Source: Nitrospirota bacterium
GTDB taxonomy: Bacteria > Nitrospirota > Thermodesulfovibrionia > SZUA-242
Direction of reading: 5' to 3'
Length of the DNA: 64,000 nucleotides
Assembly (NCBI GenBank): GCA_016212095.1
Contig: JACRHH010000018.1
Location: forward strand, 3,126 to 67,125
Of the stretch, positions 26,650 to 37,016 are shown one piece after another (positions within the stretch are counted from its first letter, which is position 1; the number at the start of each line of letters is the position of its first letter). A program made the translations under genes and the position numbers. The notes below the pieces were generated by a model. It did no database searches and was not told the origin of the DNA. It saw only the letters and a list, made by a program, of their open reading frames with translations.

Positions 26650-26943
26650 ATGAATGATCAGGCAGAAAAGAAAATAGCCATGCTGGTCATGAATGATCAG
26701 GCCGAGGCTCTCCGGGTTGCGGGCGGCATCACGATCCTGAACGAAAACGTGGATATTTTCCTTCTGGACAGGCAGCTCGATATTTCCGGAGCGGCATCAG
26801 CGCCCTTTGAGATGATTCGGGAGCTTGGACTTAAGGTATTCACCAATATCAAGGAGATGGACAAACCGGACGGTTTTGAATATCTTCCGACCGATGTTTT
26901 GGCCTGCAGGCTTCTGGAGTACGATCATGCGCTTGCGTTTTAA
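26650..26943 (+). CDS. DsrE/DsrF-like protein
   Basis: IAMLVMNDQAEALRVAGGITILNENVDIFLLD; N-terminus shaped by short DNA repeats. Confidence 0.4.
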   Translation: MNDQAEKKIAMLVMNDQAEALRVAGGITILNENVDIFLLDRQLDISGAASAPFEMIRELGLKVFTNIKEMDKPDGFEYLPTDVLACRLLEYDHALAF

Positions 26944-26948
26944 CCGGG

Positions 26949-27119
26949 ATGACGATTCTTCACCTTCTCAATGATCCGCCGTCTGCAACCGTGACGGCAA
27001 TTATTGAGGAACATCGCAGGCTGCACGATGTTACGGTGAGGGAGCTTTTCAGACCGGATGTTTCATACGACGAAATAGTGCGGCTCATTGAGTCGCACAA
27101 CAGGGTTTTCACCTGGTGA
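26949..27119 (+). CDS. Small ORF (56 aa), possible third member of the DsrE-like set
   Basis: Self-translated, not in the ORF track; position between DsrE-like genes and YeeE. Confidence 0.25.
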   Translation: MTILHLLNDPPSATVTAIIEEHRRLHDVTVRELFRPDVSYDEIVRLIESHNRVFTW

Positions 27120-27157
27120 TGTAAAAAAACTCTCTCGAAGGAGGGGCGGCTGACACT

Positions 27158-28288
27158 ATGTTAATGACTGTGGTATCCGGGCTTCTTATCGGCATGGCGG
27201 CTGGAGTGGTTCTGCAGCGCGGACGGTTCTGCATGAACTCTGCGTTCAGGGACACGATTTTCATTCAGGACTACACGTTTCTGAAGGCTGCAATGATCGC
27301 GCTTCTTGTGGCGATGGTTGGGGCTAATTTTCTTGAGGACATCGGCCAGATTCAGGCATTGCGGCGGCAGGTATTCGCGCCGGTCGGCAACATTCTGGGC
27401 GGCTACCTGTTCGGAATGGGCATCGTCATCGCGGGCGGCTGCGGATCGGGCATCTGGTTTCGCGTGGGCGAGGGCCTGGTTTCGGCCTTCTTCAGCGTGC
27501 TGGGCTTCATGATCGCGATTTTGGCTTCGCAGGCCGGCATATTGAGCCCGCTGGTCAATGCGCTCAGAAGCTATCGCGTGGGCCTTGACGACGACGGCAA
27601 GTTCGTGACAGGCGGCGACATCACGGAGCAGCTATCGCTGTTTAACATGTTCGGGGTTCACGATGTCTTCGGCATCCCGATGAAATGGATCGTGATCGCC
27701 ATTCTGGCGGCTGTGGCGCTTCCATTCATATTCAAGGAGAAGTTCGCCCGCCCGAAGAAGGGCTTTCCCCCGCATGTGACCGGACTCCTCATGGGTCTTG
27801 TAATCATCGCGGCGTGGTGGGCCTCCGAGGTTTGGGGCGGCGGCGCGCGCGGCGTTTCCTACACCGGCCCCACGGCTGAGCTTTTCCGCTCGATCCTTAA
27901 CGCCAACCTGATTCCGGACGCGCTTTACAGCGAGGAGGTTGTCGATCTCCTCAGCGAGCAGAATATCTCGCTTCCCGAAAAGCAGTGGCCGCCCACATGG
28001 AGCGCATTCCTTGTGTTAGGCACTCCGATCGGAGCCTATTTCAGTGCGCGCAGCATGAAGGAGTTCAAGTGGGTTGTGCCGGACGCCCAGACGATGGTGA
28101 AGGTTTTCGGCGGAGGCCTTCTGATGGGCTTCGGCGCGGTGCTTGGCGGCGGATGCAACGTCGGCCACAGCCTCACCGGCTTTTCGACGCTCGCGATGTC
28201 GAGCATCGTCTCCACGATATTCATAATACTTGGCAACTGGACGATGGTGTACTTCCTGTTCATCAAGCCGATGCAGGATCTGGAATAA
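27158..28288 (+). CDS. YeeE/YedE-family sulfur-compound transporter
   Basis: Polytopic membrane protein; RGRFCMNSAF and two GGC-containing segments in the two halves. Confidence 0.7.
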   Translation: MLMTVVSGLLIGMAAGVVLQRGRFCMNSAFRDTIFIQDYTFLKAAMIALLVAMVGANFLEDIGQIQALRRQVFAPVGNILGGYLFGMGIVIAGGCGSGIWFRVGEGLVSAFFSVLGFMIAILASQAGILSPLVNALRSYRVGLDDDGKFVTGGDITEQLSLFNMFGVHDVFGIPMKWIVIAILAAVALPFIFKEKFARPKKGFPPHVTGLLMGLVIIAAWWASEVWGGGARGVSYTGPTAELFRSILNANLIPDALYSEEVVDLLSEQNISLPEKQWPPTWSAFLVLGTPIGAYFSARSMKEFKWVVPDAQTMVKVFGGGLLMGFGAVLGGGCNVGHSLTGFSTLAMSSIVSTIFIILGNWTMVYFLFIKPMQDLE

Positions 28289-28361
28289 TCTTGTTGTATC
28301 TTTATGAATGCAGGGTATTGCCCCTGATTTAAGGATTACCAGGAGAGGAGGTGAAACAGGA

Positions 28362-28655
28362 ATGAAAAAGTGGATATCATTTGTTATCGCATTGGCCATG
28401 GTGCTTGGAATGAGCGGAATGGCGCTTGCGGCAGGCATGAAGGCCAGCGGCAAGGTTGTTGCGGTTGACGAGGCTGCCAGCACGATTACCGTTCACGACA
28501 AGGGCGGCAAGGATGTTGTGATCTCGGTCAGCGCCGACGACGCCAAGAAGGCGAAGAAGGGCAGCAAGGCCACCGTGGACTATCACGAGGCCGGCGGCAA
28601 GAACGTTGCCGACAAGGTAACTCTCAAGGCTGCCAAGGCCGCCGAGGGCTGCTAG
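28362..28655 (+). CDS. Small secreted protein (97 aa), function unknown
   Basis: Signal peptide MKKWISFVIALAMVLGMSGMALAA; Lys/Ala-rich mature part. Confidence 0.35.
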   Translation: MKKWISFVIALAMVLGMSGMALAAGMKASGKVVAVDEAASTITVHDKGGKDVVISVSADDAKKAKKGSKATVDYHEAGGKNVADKVTLKAAKAAEGC

Positions 28656-28738
28656 TATCAAATATGCAAATGTGCATTTACAGCCGGGTGCCAATCGCCC
28701 GGCTGTTTTTTTTGAGGACATAAGCAGTAAAATATCTC

Positions 28739-29956
28739 TTGGAGTTCAACGCCTTGCACATATCGATATTCGGGATAGCCAAAAGAAACCTGAAACGCAA
28801 GTTCTTCCGCAGCGTCGCAATAGCCTTGAGCGTTGCGGTTGTTGCGGGTACCCTGTTTTCGATCACCACCGTCATGGAATCGGTCGAACTCAGTATCATG
28901 CGCGGTACAGCCCGGCTTGGGGCCGACGTAATGGTCGTTCCATCCGATGCGGAGTTGAAGGCCCGCGCCGCGCTTCTTGCCGGTGATGTAGCAACATTCT
29001 ACATGCCGTCGGGCGTGATGGACAGTGTGAGACGGAGCAAGGGCGTGGCTGCGGTTTCGCCGCAGATATTCATCGAATCGGCCACGTTCGATTGTTGCGA
29101 CATCGCCGATCTGCGCCTCATCGGCTTCGATCCGGCAACGGATTTCACCATAACGCCATGGCTCAAGGAGCGCCTTAACCGGGAGCTTGCCTCGAACGAA
29201 ATCCTCGTGGGACATGAAGTTGCGCGCGAAACCGGCCAGAGGATGAAGTTCTACGGCAACAGCTTCACCGTGGCGGGCAAGCTCGAATCGACCGGAATGC
29301 GCTTTATCGATAATTCGGTTTTCATGCCGATGCAGTCGGCCCGGCGCATGATAAGCGAATCGGCCACCAAATCGAAAAAACCGCTTGCCATTGCGGAAGA
29401 CAGGATATCAGCCGTGCTCGTGCAGGTGGATCCGGCTTATCAACCGGCTCAGGCGGCAATCTATATCGAAAACGCGATCAAGGGCGTGAAATCGGTCGTT
29501 TCCGAGGAGGTTATCTCGTCGGTGCGCAAGCAGCTTTTCGTGCTGCTCAAGAGCATTCTCATGGTGAGTGTCGTGCTCTGGATAATGGCGCTATTGATGA
29601 TCGGCGTGATCTTTTCGATGATCGTGAACGAGCGTCAGCGCGAAATCGGCCTGCTTCGGGCGATGGGCGCGCGAAGAAACACGGTATTCGGCCTGATCAT
29701 GCTTGAAGCTGCGGCGCTGTCGGCATTGGGCGGTGTTGTCGGAATTGCGGCGGGCGGCGTTTTGCTGTTCAGCTTCAAGAATCTCATCCGGGCATCGCTT
29801 CATATCCCGTATCTCTGGCCGGAGCCGTCGCGGTTTGCGCTGCTTATAGCGGTAAGCCTTGCGCTTGCGTTTCTCACCGGAATCGCGGCGGCGCTGTATC
29901 CGGCTGCGCGAAGCTCGCGCATGGAGCCGTTCGAGGCGATTCGAAAAGGGGATTAA
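28739..29956 (+). CDS. ABC transporter permease (FtsX/MacB-like)
   Basis: 405 aa; N-terminal transmembrane segment, large periplasmic domain, C-terminal transmembrane bundle. Confidence 0.7.
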   Translation: MEFNALHISIFGIAKRNLKRKFFRSVAIALSVAVVAGTLFSITTVMESVELSIMRGTARLGADVMVVPSDAELKARAALLAGDVATFYMPSGVMDSVRRSKGVAAVSPQIFIESATFDCCDIADLRLIGFDPATDFTITPWLKERLNRELASNEILVGHEVARETGQRMKFYGNSFTVAGKLESTGMRFIDNSVFMPMQSARRMISESATKSKKPLAIAEDRISAVLVQVDPAYQPAQAAIYIENAIKGVKSVVSEEVISSVRKQLFVLLKSILMVSVVLWIMALLMIGVIFSMIVNERQREIGLLRAMGARRNTVFGLIMLEAAALSALGGVVGIAAGGVLLFSFKNLIRASLHIPYLWPEPSRFALLIAVSLALAFLTGIAAALYPAARSSRMEPFEAIRKGD

Positions 29957-29962
29957 CTTCGC

Positions 29963-29982
29963 CCTCCCCTGAAGGGGAGGGT
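29963..29982. repeat. GC-rich hairpin with TGAA loop, related to the 40-bp element
   Basis: CCCTCCCC-TGAA-GGGGAGGG between the permease and ATPase genes. Confidence 0.4.
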
Positions 29983-30004
29983 TTATATGGAGTAAGGAGT
30001 TTTC

Positions 30005-30670
30005 ATGATAGAGATAAAAGGGATAACCAAAACTTACAGGGCCGGGAGCGAGATATTCAAGGCGGTTGACAACGTAAGCCTGAGCATAGGCAAGGGCGAG
30101 CTGATGTCGATCGTCGGGCATTCCGGAAGCGGAAAGACAACGCTTCTAAGCCTGATCGGCGGCCTGACGCGGCCCGATTCCGGTACGGTGGTGATCGGAG
30201 GAACCGATCTCTGGTCTATAAGCGACGACGAGCTTTCGGCCTTCCGCAACCGCCGCATTAATTTCGTGTTCCAGTTTGCAAGCCTCATCCCCACGCTCAC
30301 CGCGCTTGAAAACGTGATGCTGCCCACAGCATTCGGCAAGTGGGATGGAAACGTGGCGGCGAAGGCGGAAGAGCTTCTTGGCATGGTCGGGCTTGGCGAC
30401 AAGATCAACAATTACCCATCGCAGCTTTCCGGCGGTCAGCAGAGGCGCGTGGCAATTGCGCGCGCCTTCATCAACGACCCTGAAATCGTGCTTGCCGACG
30501 AGCCTACCGGCGACCTCGACGAGGAGACCGAGGCCGACATATTTCAGCTTTTCCACCGTTTCAACAGCGAAAAGGGCGTGACGTTCATCATCGTTACGCA
30601 TAACAAGGAACTGGCCGCCAAAACGCGGCGTCAGGTTCGCATGGTTCATGGAGTGATGGGCGAGAGCTAG
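30005..30670 (+). CDS. ABC transporter ATP-binding protein
   Basis: Walker A GHSGSGKTT, signature LSGGQQQRVAIARA, Walker B IVLADEPT. Confidence 0.85.
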   Translation: MIEIKGITKTYRAGSEIFKAVDNVSLSIGKGELMSIVGHSGSGKTTLLSLIGGLTRPDSGTVVIGGTDLWSISDDELSAFRNRRINFVFQFASLIPTLTALENVMLPTAFGKWDGNVAAKAEELLGMVGLGDKINNYPSQLSGGQQRRVAIARAFINDPEIVLADEPTGDLDEETEADIFQLFHRFNSEKGVTFIIVTHNKELAAKTRRQVRMVHGVMGES

Positions 30671-30679
30671 AGGCTTGCC

Positions 30680-31426
30680 ATGACCGACAAGGTGATACTG
30701 GCAGCCATACTGGCAGCCTACGCGCTAAGGCTTTACAGCGCATTTGGGCAGGGAGGCATTCTCCGCTCAATATTCGCCGTTGCCGCGCTGACGCTGCACG
30801 GCGGATATATTTTGTGGCGCGGCGTCTCGCTTGGCCGCCTGCCGCTGATGGGCGTGCATGACACCGTGCTTTTCTACGCATTCTGCGCCGCGGCGTTTGC
30901 GCTGATAGTTGAATGGCGCAGGAAGATCGCCGGTCTTTCGATCCGGGTGCTTCCGATTGTTATCACTCTGGTTCTGGTGGGTATATTCTCGCAAAAGGTA
31001 GATTCACCGCTTCCGCCCGTGCTGAACACCTACTGGTTTGAACTGCACGTTGCGCTGTCGTTCATAAGCTACGCGCTTTTCACGCTCGGCATGGGGCTTG
31101 GGCTGATCTACCTGAAAACCGGCGACATGGGCGATGAGCGCGTTCAGTATTCCACAATCCTTACCGGCTACAGCCTGTTTTCGCTGTCGATGGTTTTCGG
31201 CGGAATCTGGGCGCAGTACGCCTGGGGAACCTACTGGCTCTGGACGCCCAAAGAACTATGGACAACAATCCTCTGGCTGTACTACAGCCTTTACCTGCAT
31301 GGCCGTCTCGTGCGCGGATGGTCGGGCCGCCCGGCGGCGTGGCTTGGAATAGCGGGCTTTGCGCTCATGATGTTTCTGTATCTGGGCGTGAGCGTGCTTT
31401 TGAAGAGCTCTCACACATTTTCTTGA
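30680..31426 (+). CDS. Cytochrome c assembly protein (CcsA/ResC-like)
   Basis: Trp-rich motif WGTYWLWTPKELW in a polytopic membrane protein. Confidence 0.55.
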   Translation: MTDKVILAAILAAYALRLYSAFGQGGILRSIFAVAALTLHGGYILWRGVSLGRLPLMGVHDTVLFYAFCAAAFALIVEWRRKIAGLSIRVLPIVITLVLVGIFSQKVDSPLPPVLNTYWFELHVALSFISYALFTLGMGLGLIYLKTGDMGDERVQYSTILTGYSLFSLSMVFGGIWAQYAWGTYWLWTPKELWTTILWLYYSLYLHGRLVRGWSGRPAAWLGIAGFALMMFLYLGVSVLLKSSHTFS

Positions 31427-33367
31427 TTGCCTCGCACACGCTCTCTTGGATATAGTTATTCCATGAAAACGCTGCAACGCTTTTCCTTCAGGCCGTCGGT
31501 TGCTTTCTTCACCGGCATAATGCCGTTCACGCTCGTAAACCTGGTTGTCACTCTCACCGTTTCATGGCCGATTTTCCGGGCGGGAAACAGCGATCTGGAC
31601 GCATGGAGCCAGGTTGTCGCGTTCGTGCCGTTTGTGTCTCACTACTTCATGCTGAGCCTGTTGCTTGGGCTTGCTGTCTGGGGACTGTCATGTTTTGCTG
31701 GAAGAAAAGCGGTGACGCCGGCGGCTGTGATCCTGTCAGGCCTTTTTCACGCGCTGATAATCATCGACACCCGCATATACACGATATTTCATTTCCATAT
31801 CAACTCCCTTGTCTGGAACATTGTCGTGACCGAGGGCGCGTCGGATTCGATCATGCTGGGCAAGGGAACGCTTGCCACGTTTCTTGGGATAATGGCCGCG
31901 ATAACCGCGGTTGTCTGGGCTGCAATACGATATACGGTGGGCAACAGTTCCCTGCTGCACGATGAAAATCGTTTCCGTGGAACGCTCAAAGCGTCGAAAA
32001 TCATCTTTGCCGCCGGCATCGCGCTTCTGGCCGCCGACAAGGGCATGTACGCATGGGCCGATCTTCACAACAATACGGACATAACGAAGAACGCGAAGCT
32101 ATATCCGCTCTATCAGCCGCTGACGGTGAAGCGCCTGGCGTCAAAGGTGTTCGGAATGAACGTCAACCGCGAGGACGGCGTGAGCGTGCAGAAGGGCGGC
32201 GGAATGCTGAACTACCCGAAACAGCCGCTCCGGTTCGACAATGCGGTCAAGCCTCTGCCGAACATCGTCGTGATCGTGATCGACGGGCTTCGCTTCGACA
32301 TGCTGGACAAGGAAATCATGCCGAACGCGGTTGCGCTTGGCGGCGAAGGCATCGTGTTTGAAAACCATTTCAGCGGCGGAAACGGAACCCGATTCGGCAT
32401 ATTTTCCCTGTTTTACGGCATTCAGGGCACATACTGGCACAACTTCCTGGGCGCGCGCCGCTCTCCGGCGCTCATGGACACGCTTATCGACAAGGGTTAC
32501 GCGTTCAAGATACTTTCGAGCACGAAACTCACCTTCCCGGAGTTCCGCAAGACGGTTTTCGCGCGCGTGCCGGACAGCATCGAAGACGAGGTTTCTCCGG
32601 AAGACGCATCCGTGCGCGACAGGATAATCACGAACAAGTTCGTTGAATTCATTTCGCCGCAACAGATGAAACAGCCGTTCTTTTCGTTCATATTCTACGA
32701 TTCCACGCATCTGCCGATCCGCTATCCGCCCGCGTTCGAGAAGTTCCGTCCGACCGCCGAGACGAAGGAGCTGAATTTCTTCCGCGACATAGGGCCGGAG
32801 CAGATGCCGGTGCATAGAAACCGGTACATGAACGCCGCCCGCTACGAAGACAGCCTGATAGGCGAAGTGGTTGCCGCATTGAAGAAAAACGGCATGTTCG
32901 ACAACACGGTCATTCTTGTTACAGGCGACCACGGCGACGAGTTTTTCGAAAACGGCTATTTCGGTCATACATCGTCGTTCGACGACTATCAGGTTCGCAC
33001 GCCGTTTGTGCTGCATCTGCCCGGCGAAGCTCCGGCGGTTGTGTCGCGAATGACATCGCATCTCGACTTCGTGCCGACAATCATGGAGGCGCTCGGCTGC
33101 ATATCGCCGCCCGGCGATTATTCGCAGGGCATCTCACTGCTGCGTGACAACAACCGCCGCTTCGTGAGCATATCGAACTGGGACAACGCCGCCGTTGCCG
33201 GGCCGGATGTGCGGATTGTGTTTTCGACCGAGACATACAACATGAGCACGTTCGAGTTCCGGCGCGGCTCGGACTACAAGCTTCTGGACAACACGCCGGA
33301 GATGATGAGCAGTTACAGGGCTGAACTTGTGGATCAGGCGAAAAGAATGTCGGAGTTTTACAGGTGA
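31427..33367 (+). CDS. Membrane-anchored sulfatase-like protein (YejM/PbgA-like); alternative ATG start at 31463
   Basis: N-terminal transmembrane region then IVVIVIDGLRFD and TGDHGDEF blocks of the alkaline-phosphatase superfamily. Confidence 0.55.
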   Translation: MPRTRSLGYSYSMKTLQRFSFRPSVAFFTGIMPFTLVNLVVTLTVSWPIFRAGNSDLDAWSQVVAFVPFVSHYFMLSLLLGLAVWGLSCFAGRKAVTPAAVILSGLFHALIIIDTRIYTIFHFHINSLVWNIVVTEGASDSIMLGKGTLATFLGIMAAITAVVWAAIRYTVGNSSLLHDENRFRGTLKASKIIFAAGIALLAADKGMYAWADLHNNTDITKNAKLYPLYQPLTVKRLASKVFGMNVNREDGVSVQKGGGMLNYPKQPLRFDNAVKPLPNIVVIVIDGLRFDMLDKEIMPNAVALGGEGIVFENHFSGGNGTRFGIFSLFYGIQGTYWHNFLGARRSPALMDTLIDKGYAFKILSSTKLTFPEFRKTVFARVPDSIEDEVSPEDASVRDRIITNKFVEFISPQQMKQPFFSFIFYDSTHLPIRYPPAFEKFRPTAETKELNFFRDIGPEQMPVHRNRYMNAARYEDSLIGEVVAALKKNGMFDNTVILVTGDHGDEFFENGYFGHTSSFDDYQVRTPFVLHLPGEAPAVVSRMTSHLDFVPTIMEALGCISPPGDYSQGISLLRDNNRRFVSISNWDNAAVAGPDVRIVFSTETYNMSTFEFRRGSDYKLLDNTPEMMSSYRAELVDQAKRMSEFYR

Positions 33368-33389
33368 ATTTCCGAATGGAGGCAGCGTC

Positions 33390-33617
33390 ATGACATCGTA
33401 CAAGGTTGGCGTGGTGATAGAGAAAGACGATTCCGGCTACTACGCTTATTGCCCGGAACTGGATGGATGCCAGACGCAGGGGGATACCTTCGAGGAGGTT
33501 ATCGCCAACATCAGGGAAGCCGTGGGGTTGTATGTGGACACCATGACGGATGACGAGGCGCGGGAGCGCCTGAGCCGGGAAATATTGACCACAACACTGG
33601 AGGTTGCGGTTGCCTAA
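33390..33617 (+). CDS. HicB-like (UPF0150) antitoxin-fold protein
   Basis: YKVGVVIEKDDSGYYAYCPELDGCQTQGDTFEEVIANIREAV. Confidence 0.45.
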   Translation: MTSYKVGVVIEKDDSGYYAYCPELDGCQTQGDTFEEVIANIREAVGLYVDTMTDDEARERLSREILTTTLEVAVA

Positions 33618-34386
33618 GCTTCCTCTTTCAGTATTCGTTCTTGCGTACAACTCCGCCGACAAAATCCGTCAGTGCCTCGAAAGCGTCACCTGGGCCGATG
33701 AGATCGTTGTGGTGGATTCCTTCAGCGCCGACGGAACCGAGGCCATCGCCCGCGAGTTCACCGATAAAGTTATTCAGCATGAATTCAAGGGCTTCGGCGA
33801 GCTTCGAAACTTCGCGCTTTCGTGCCTGACTCATGACTGGGTGCTGAGCGTGGACTCCGACGAGGTTGTCACGCCCGAATTCCGGGCCGAGATAGAGGGA
33901 ATGCTTGAGCGCGGGCCGGACGCCGACGCCTACTTCGTGCCGCGCATCAACTTTTTTCTCCGCAAATACAAGATCTTGCACGGCGGCTGGTATCCGGACT
34001 ACCGCCAGCCGCAGTTTTTCAACCGGAACAAATTCCGCTACCGCGAGGATCAGCTTGTACATGAAGGCTTCGTCTGCGACGGACGGGTGGGATATGTGAA
34101 GGAGCATGTGATTCAGTACCCGTTTCTTACGCTGCGGGAATTTCTGGACAAGATGGACAGATACTCAAACCTGATGGCGCGGCAGAGGGGCAAGGGCGGC
34201 AAGCGTTTCAAAGCCGTCAAACTGATCTTCAGCCCGCCGGTGTTTTTCCTTAAAATGTACATCTTCCGGCGTGGCTTCATGGACGGCCTGCCGGGGCTGG
34301 TTCTGGCGCTTCTGTACGCAAACTACACGTTGCTGAAATACGTGAAGCTGTGGGATATGGAGCGGAATGCTGAATTTAATGAGTAA
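33604..34386 (+). CDS. Family 2 glycosyltransferase
   Basis: LSVFVLAYNSADKI...VVVDSFSADGT...VDSDE. Confidence 0.65.
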   Translation: MRLPKLPLSVFVLAYNSADKIRQCLESVTWADEIVVVDSFSADGTEAIAREFTDKVIQHEFKGFGELRNFALSCLTHDWVLSVDSDEVVTPEFRAEIEGMLERGPDADAYFVPRINFFLRKYKILHGGWYPDYRQPQFFNRNKFRYREDQLVHEGFVCDGRVGYVKEHVIQYPFLTLREFLDKMDRYSNLMARQRGKGGKRFKAVKLIFSPPVFFLKMYIFRRGFMDGLPGLVLALLYANYTLLKYVKLWDMERNAEFNE

Positions 34387-35329
34387 GGAACGATTTCGCT
34401 ACGAGGCGGCTCGCCTAAGAAAGCTGTATTACAAAATCACAGGCAGATACCTGCACATGGACGTTGCCAGAACCCATTATTACGGCAGGCCAATTTTGGG
34501 CAAGACGGAAGGCAATAGCCTTATTGCCGGACTGATTACAGGCGGCTCTCCGTTCATGGCGACCAGGTTTGGATCGGTGGAGCTGGCGTGCGTCAGAAAC
34601 CATATAGACAACATGTTTCACGGCAAAACTATTTTCAGAGACAAAACCAGGCGCACAATGGCAAACAACGCAGGCTTTTTTCCGCCAACCGACCGGATGC
34701 TGGAACGATTCAGTCGGTTGATGCTGGAAGACATGCGGGAAATTGACGTATTGGGAACATGGAACAATAATCTGGAAGACTATGTTGTAAAGCGTTATTG
34801 CCCGGATTCGATCAATCTGACCACGCTGGCGGCAATCGAGCCGTTTTTCTGCGATATCCCATGGAGTTCAGGGCTTGCCCACAAAAAGGTTCTGGTGATT
34901 CATCCCTACAAGGAAACAATTATCAGGCAGTACGCCAGGCGCGAGTTACTGTTTCCGGGAACCGCCATATTGCCGGAATTCGAGCTTAAAGCTATCCGGT
35001 CGGTTCAGTCGATTGCCGGAGCGCCAACCGGTTTTGCCGACTGGTTTGAGGCGCTGGACTCGATGCGCGAAGAAATAGCCAAAACGGATTTCGATATTGC
35101 GCTTATCGGCGCGGGCGCGTATGGATTTCCACTGGCGGCGTTTGTCAAAAGACTTGGCAGACAGGTTGTGCATATGGGCGGATCGCTGCAACTATTGTTT
35201 GGCATCATGGGGAAGCGTTGGGACGACAGGGAGCACAGCACGGCTTATTACAACCAATACTGGGTTCGTCCCGATTCGAGCGAAACGCCTCAGCACGCGG
35301 AAAAGGTTGAGGGCGGATGCTACTGGTAG
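34367..35329 (+). CDS. Hypothetical protein in glycan cluster
   Basis: 320-aa ORF co-oriented with overlapping neighbours; no motif recognised. Confidence 0.35.
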   Translation: MLNLMSKERFRYEAARLRKLYYKITGRYLHMDVARTHYYGRPILGKTEGNSLIAGLITGGSPFMATRFGSVELACVRNHIDNMFHGKTIFRDKTRRTMANNAGFFPPTDRMLERFSRLMLEDMREIDVLGTWNNNLEDYVVKRYCPDSINLTTLAAIEPFFCDIPWSSGLAHKKVLVIHPYKETIIRQYARRELLFPGTAILPEFELKAIRSVQSIAGAPTGFADWFEALDSMREEIAKTDFDIALIGAGAYGFPLAAFVKRLGRQVVHMGGSLQLLFGIMGKRWDDREHSTAYYNQYWVRPDSSETPQHAEKVEGGCYW

Positions 35330-35339
35330 GTGGTAGTCA

Positions 35340-37013
35340 ATGAGTAGATGCCCCATCGCGCTGTTCGTCTACAATCGTCCGGAACATACGGAAAAGGCGA
35401 TAAACGCTCTTCGCCAATGCCCGGAAGCCGCTGAAAGCAATCTGTTCATCTTTTCAGATGCCCCCAAAACAGACAAAGATCAACCTGGTGTGCTTGCGGT
35501 AAGAAGGATCGTCCGCTCGGTGGACGGATTCGGCAATGTCACGCTGATCGAGCGAGAGGAGAACATGGGGCTGGCTCGTTCGATCATCAGCGGCGTTACC
35601 GAATTGGTGAACAGGCATGGACGGCTTGTCGTCATGGAAGACGATCTTGTTGCCTCGCCCCATTTCCTTGCTTACATGAACAATGCCCTGGACTATTACG
35701 AAAGCGACGAGCGTGTAATAAGTATTCATGGCTATGTCTATCCGGTGAACGAAGCGCTGCCTGAAACTTTTTTCCTGCGCGGAGCCGACTGCTGGGGATG
35801 GGGAACGTGGAAGCGCGGCTGGGCTCTTTTTGAGCAGGACGGGGAAAAATTGTTGAAGGAGTTGCACAAGCGGCATCTTGAGCGCGAGTTCGATTTCTCC
35901 GGCAGTTTCAGATACACGAAGATGCTTGAGCGGCAGGTGCGCGGAGAGATCGACTCCTGGGCTATCCGCTGGCACGCGTCGGCATTCCTGGGCGACAAGC
36001 TCACCCTGTATCCCGGACGATCACTGGTTCAGAATATCGGCCATGACGCAAGCGGTTCGCATTGCGGAACAACGGAAAGCTTTGATACGGACTTGGCACG
36101 GAAACCGGTAACGATTCGCGACATTCCGGTCAGTCATGATGAACGCGCGGCGGAGGTGTTTGCAACCTACTTCCGGTCGCTTAAGCCCGGACGCATTGAA
36201 GCCCTCTCCGCAAGTATTGTTAAGCGGGCTCGGCGTATATCCGGGTTATTGGCCTGCTTGCGCGGCAGAAAACCCGGATACCACGGAGACTATGCATCAT
36301 GGGCCGACGCCGCGCGCGATTCAGGCGGTTACGATTCAGACAAAATTCTGGAGAAGGTCAAGGCCGCCATGATGCAGGTGCGTGATGGAAAGTCGGCTTA
36401 TGAGCGCGATTCGGTCACATTCGATGAAATTGAATATTCCTGGCCCCTGCTTGCCGCCCTGCTCTGGATAGCCTCGCGACATCGAAACCGCCTGAGATTG
36501 ATAGATTTCGGCGGCTCGCTGGGCAGCGGCTACTACCAGAACCGCGGATTTCTGTCGCATCTCGACGAGCTTGCCTGGAACGTGGTGGAACAACCGTCCT
36601 TCGTTTCCTGCGGCAGGACGCATTTTGCGACCGAGAACCTGCATTTTTACCATTCAATGAGGGATTGCCTTGAGGTGTCGGAGTGCGAAGCGATTCTGTT
36701 TGCCAGCGTGCTGCCGTATATCGAGATGCCTTACCATCTTCTTGACGAAACAATCGCAGCCGGTTTCAGGTATATTCTCATCGACCGGACTCCGGTCATC
36801 GATGGAAGCCGCGATCGCCTCACGGTGCAGATCGTGCCGCCTTCGATTTATGAGGCCAGCTATCCGGCATGGTTTTTCGGCGAAGAGCGCCTGCTCACAC
36901 ATCTCGCCAAGAAATACGAACTGGTGGCATCTTTCGATTCGCTTGTGAGCAAGATCGATCTGGGGAATATTACGGCCCGTGAAAAGGGTTACATCTTCAA
37001 ACTGAAGGATTGA
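35340..37013 (+). CDS. Two-domain protein: N-terminal GT-A-like glycosyltransferase plus C-terminal methyltransferase-like domain
   Basis: IALFVYNRPEHT...VMEDDLV at the N-terminus; LIDFGGSLGSGYYQ in the C-terminal half. Confidence 0.45.
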   Translation: MSRCPIALFVYNRPEHTEKAINALRQCPEAAESNLFIFSDAPKTDKDQPGVLAVRRIVRSVDGFGNVTLIEREENMGLARSIISGVTELVNRHGRLVVMEDDLVASPHFLAYMNNALDYYESDERVISIHGYVYPVNEALPETFFLRGADCWGWGTWKRGWALFEQDGEKLLKELHKRHLEREFDFSGSFRYTKMLERQVRGEIDSWAIRWHASAFLGDKLTLYPGRSLVQNIGHDASGSHCGTTESFDTDLARKPVTIRDIPVSHDERAAEVFATYFRSLKPGRIEALSASIVKRARRISGLLACLRGRKPGYHGDYASWADAARDSGGYDSDKILEKVKAAMMQVRDGKSAYERDSVTFDEIEYSWPLLAALLWIASRHRNRLRLIDFGGSLGSGYYQNRGFLSHLDELAWNVVEQPSFVSCGRTHFATENLHFYHSMRDCLEVSECEAILFASVLPYIEMPYHLLDETIAAGFRYILIDRTPVIDGSRDRLTVQIVPPSIYEASYPAWFFGEERLLTHLAKKYELVASFDSLVSKIDLGNITAREKGYIFKLKD

Positions 37014-37016
37014 ACA

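Noticed and set aside
32141-33061. 306-aa minus-strand ORF inside the sulfatase-like gene
   Set aside because: Antisense to a frame with alkaline-phosphatase-superfamily motifs; Arg/His-rich, no ribosome-binding site.
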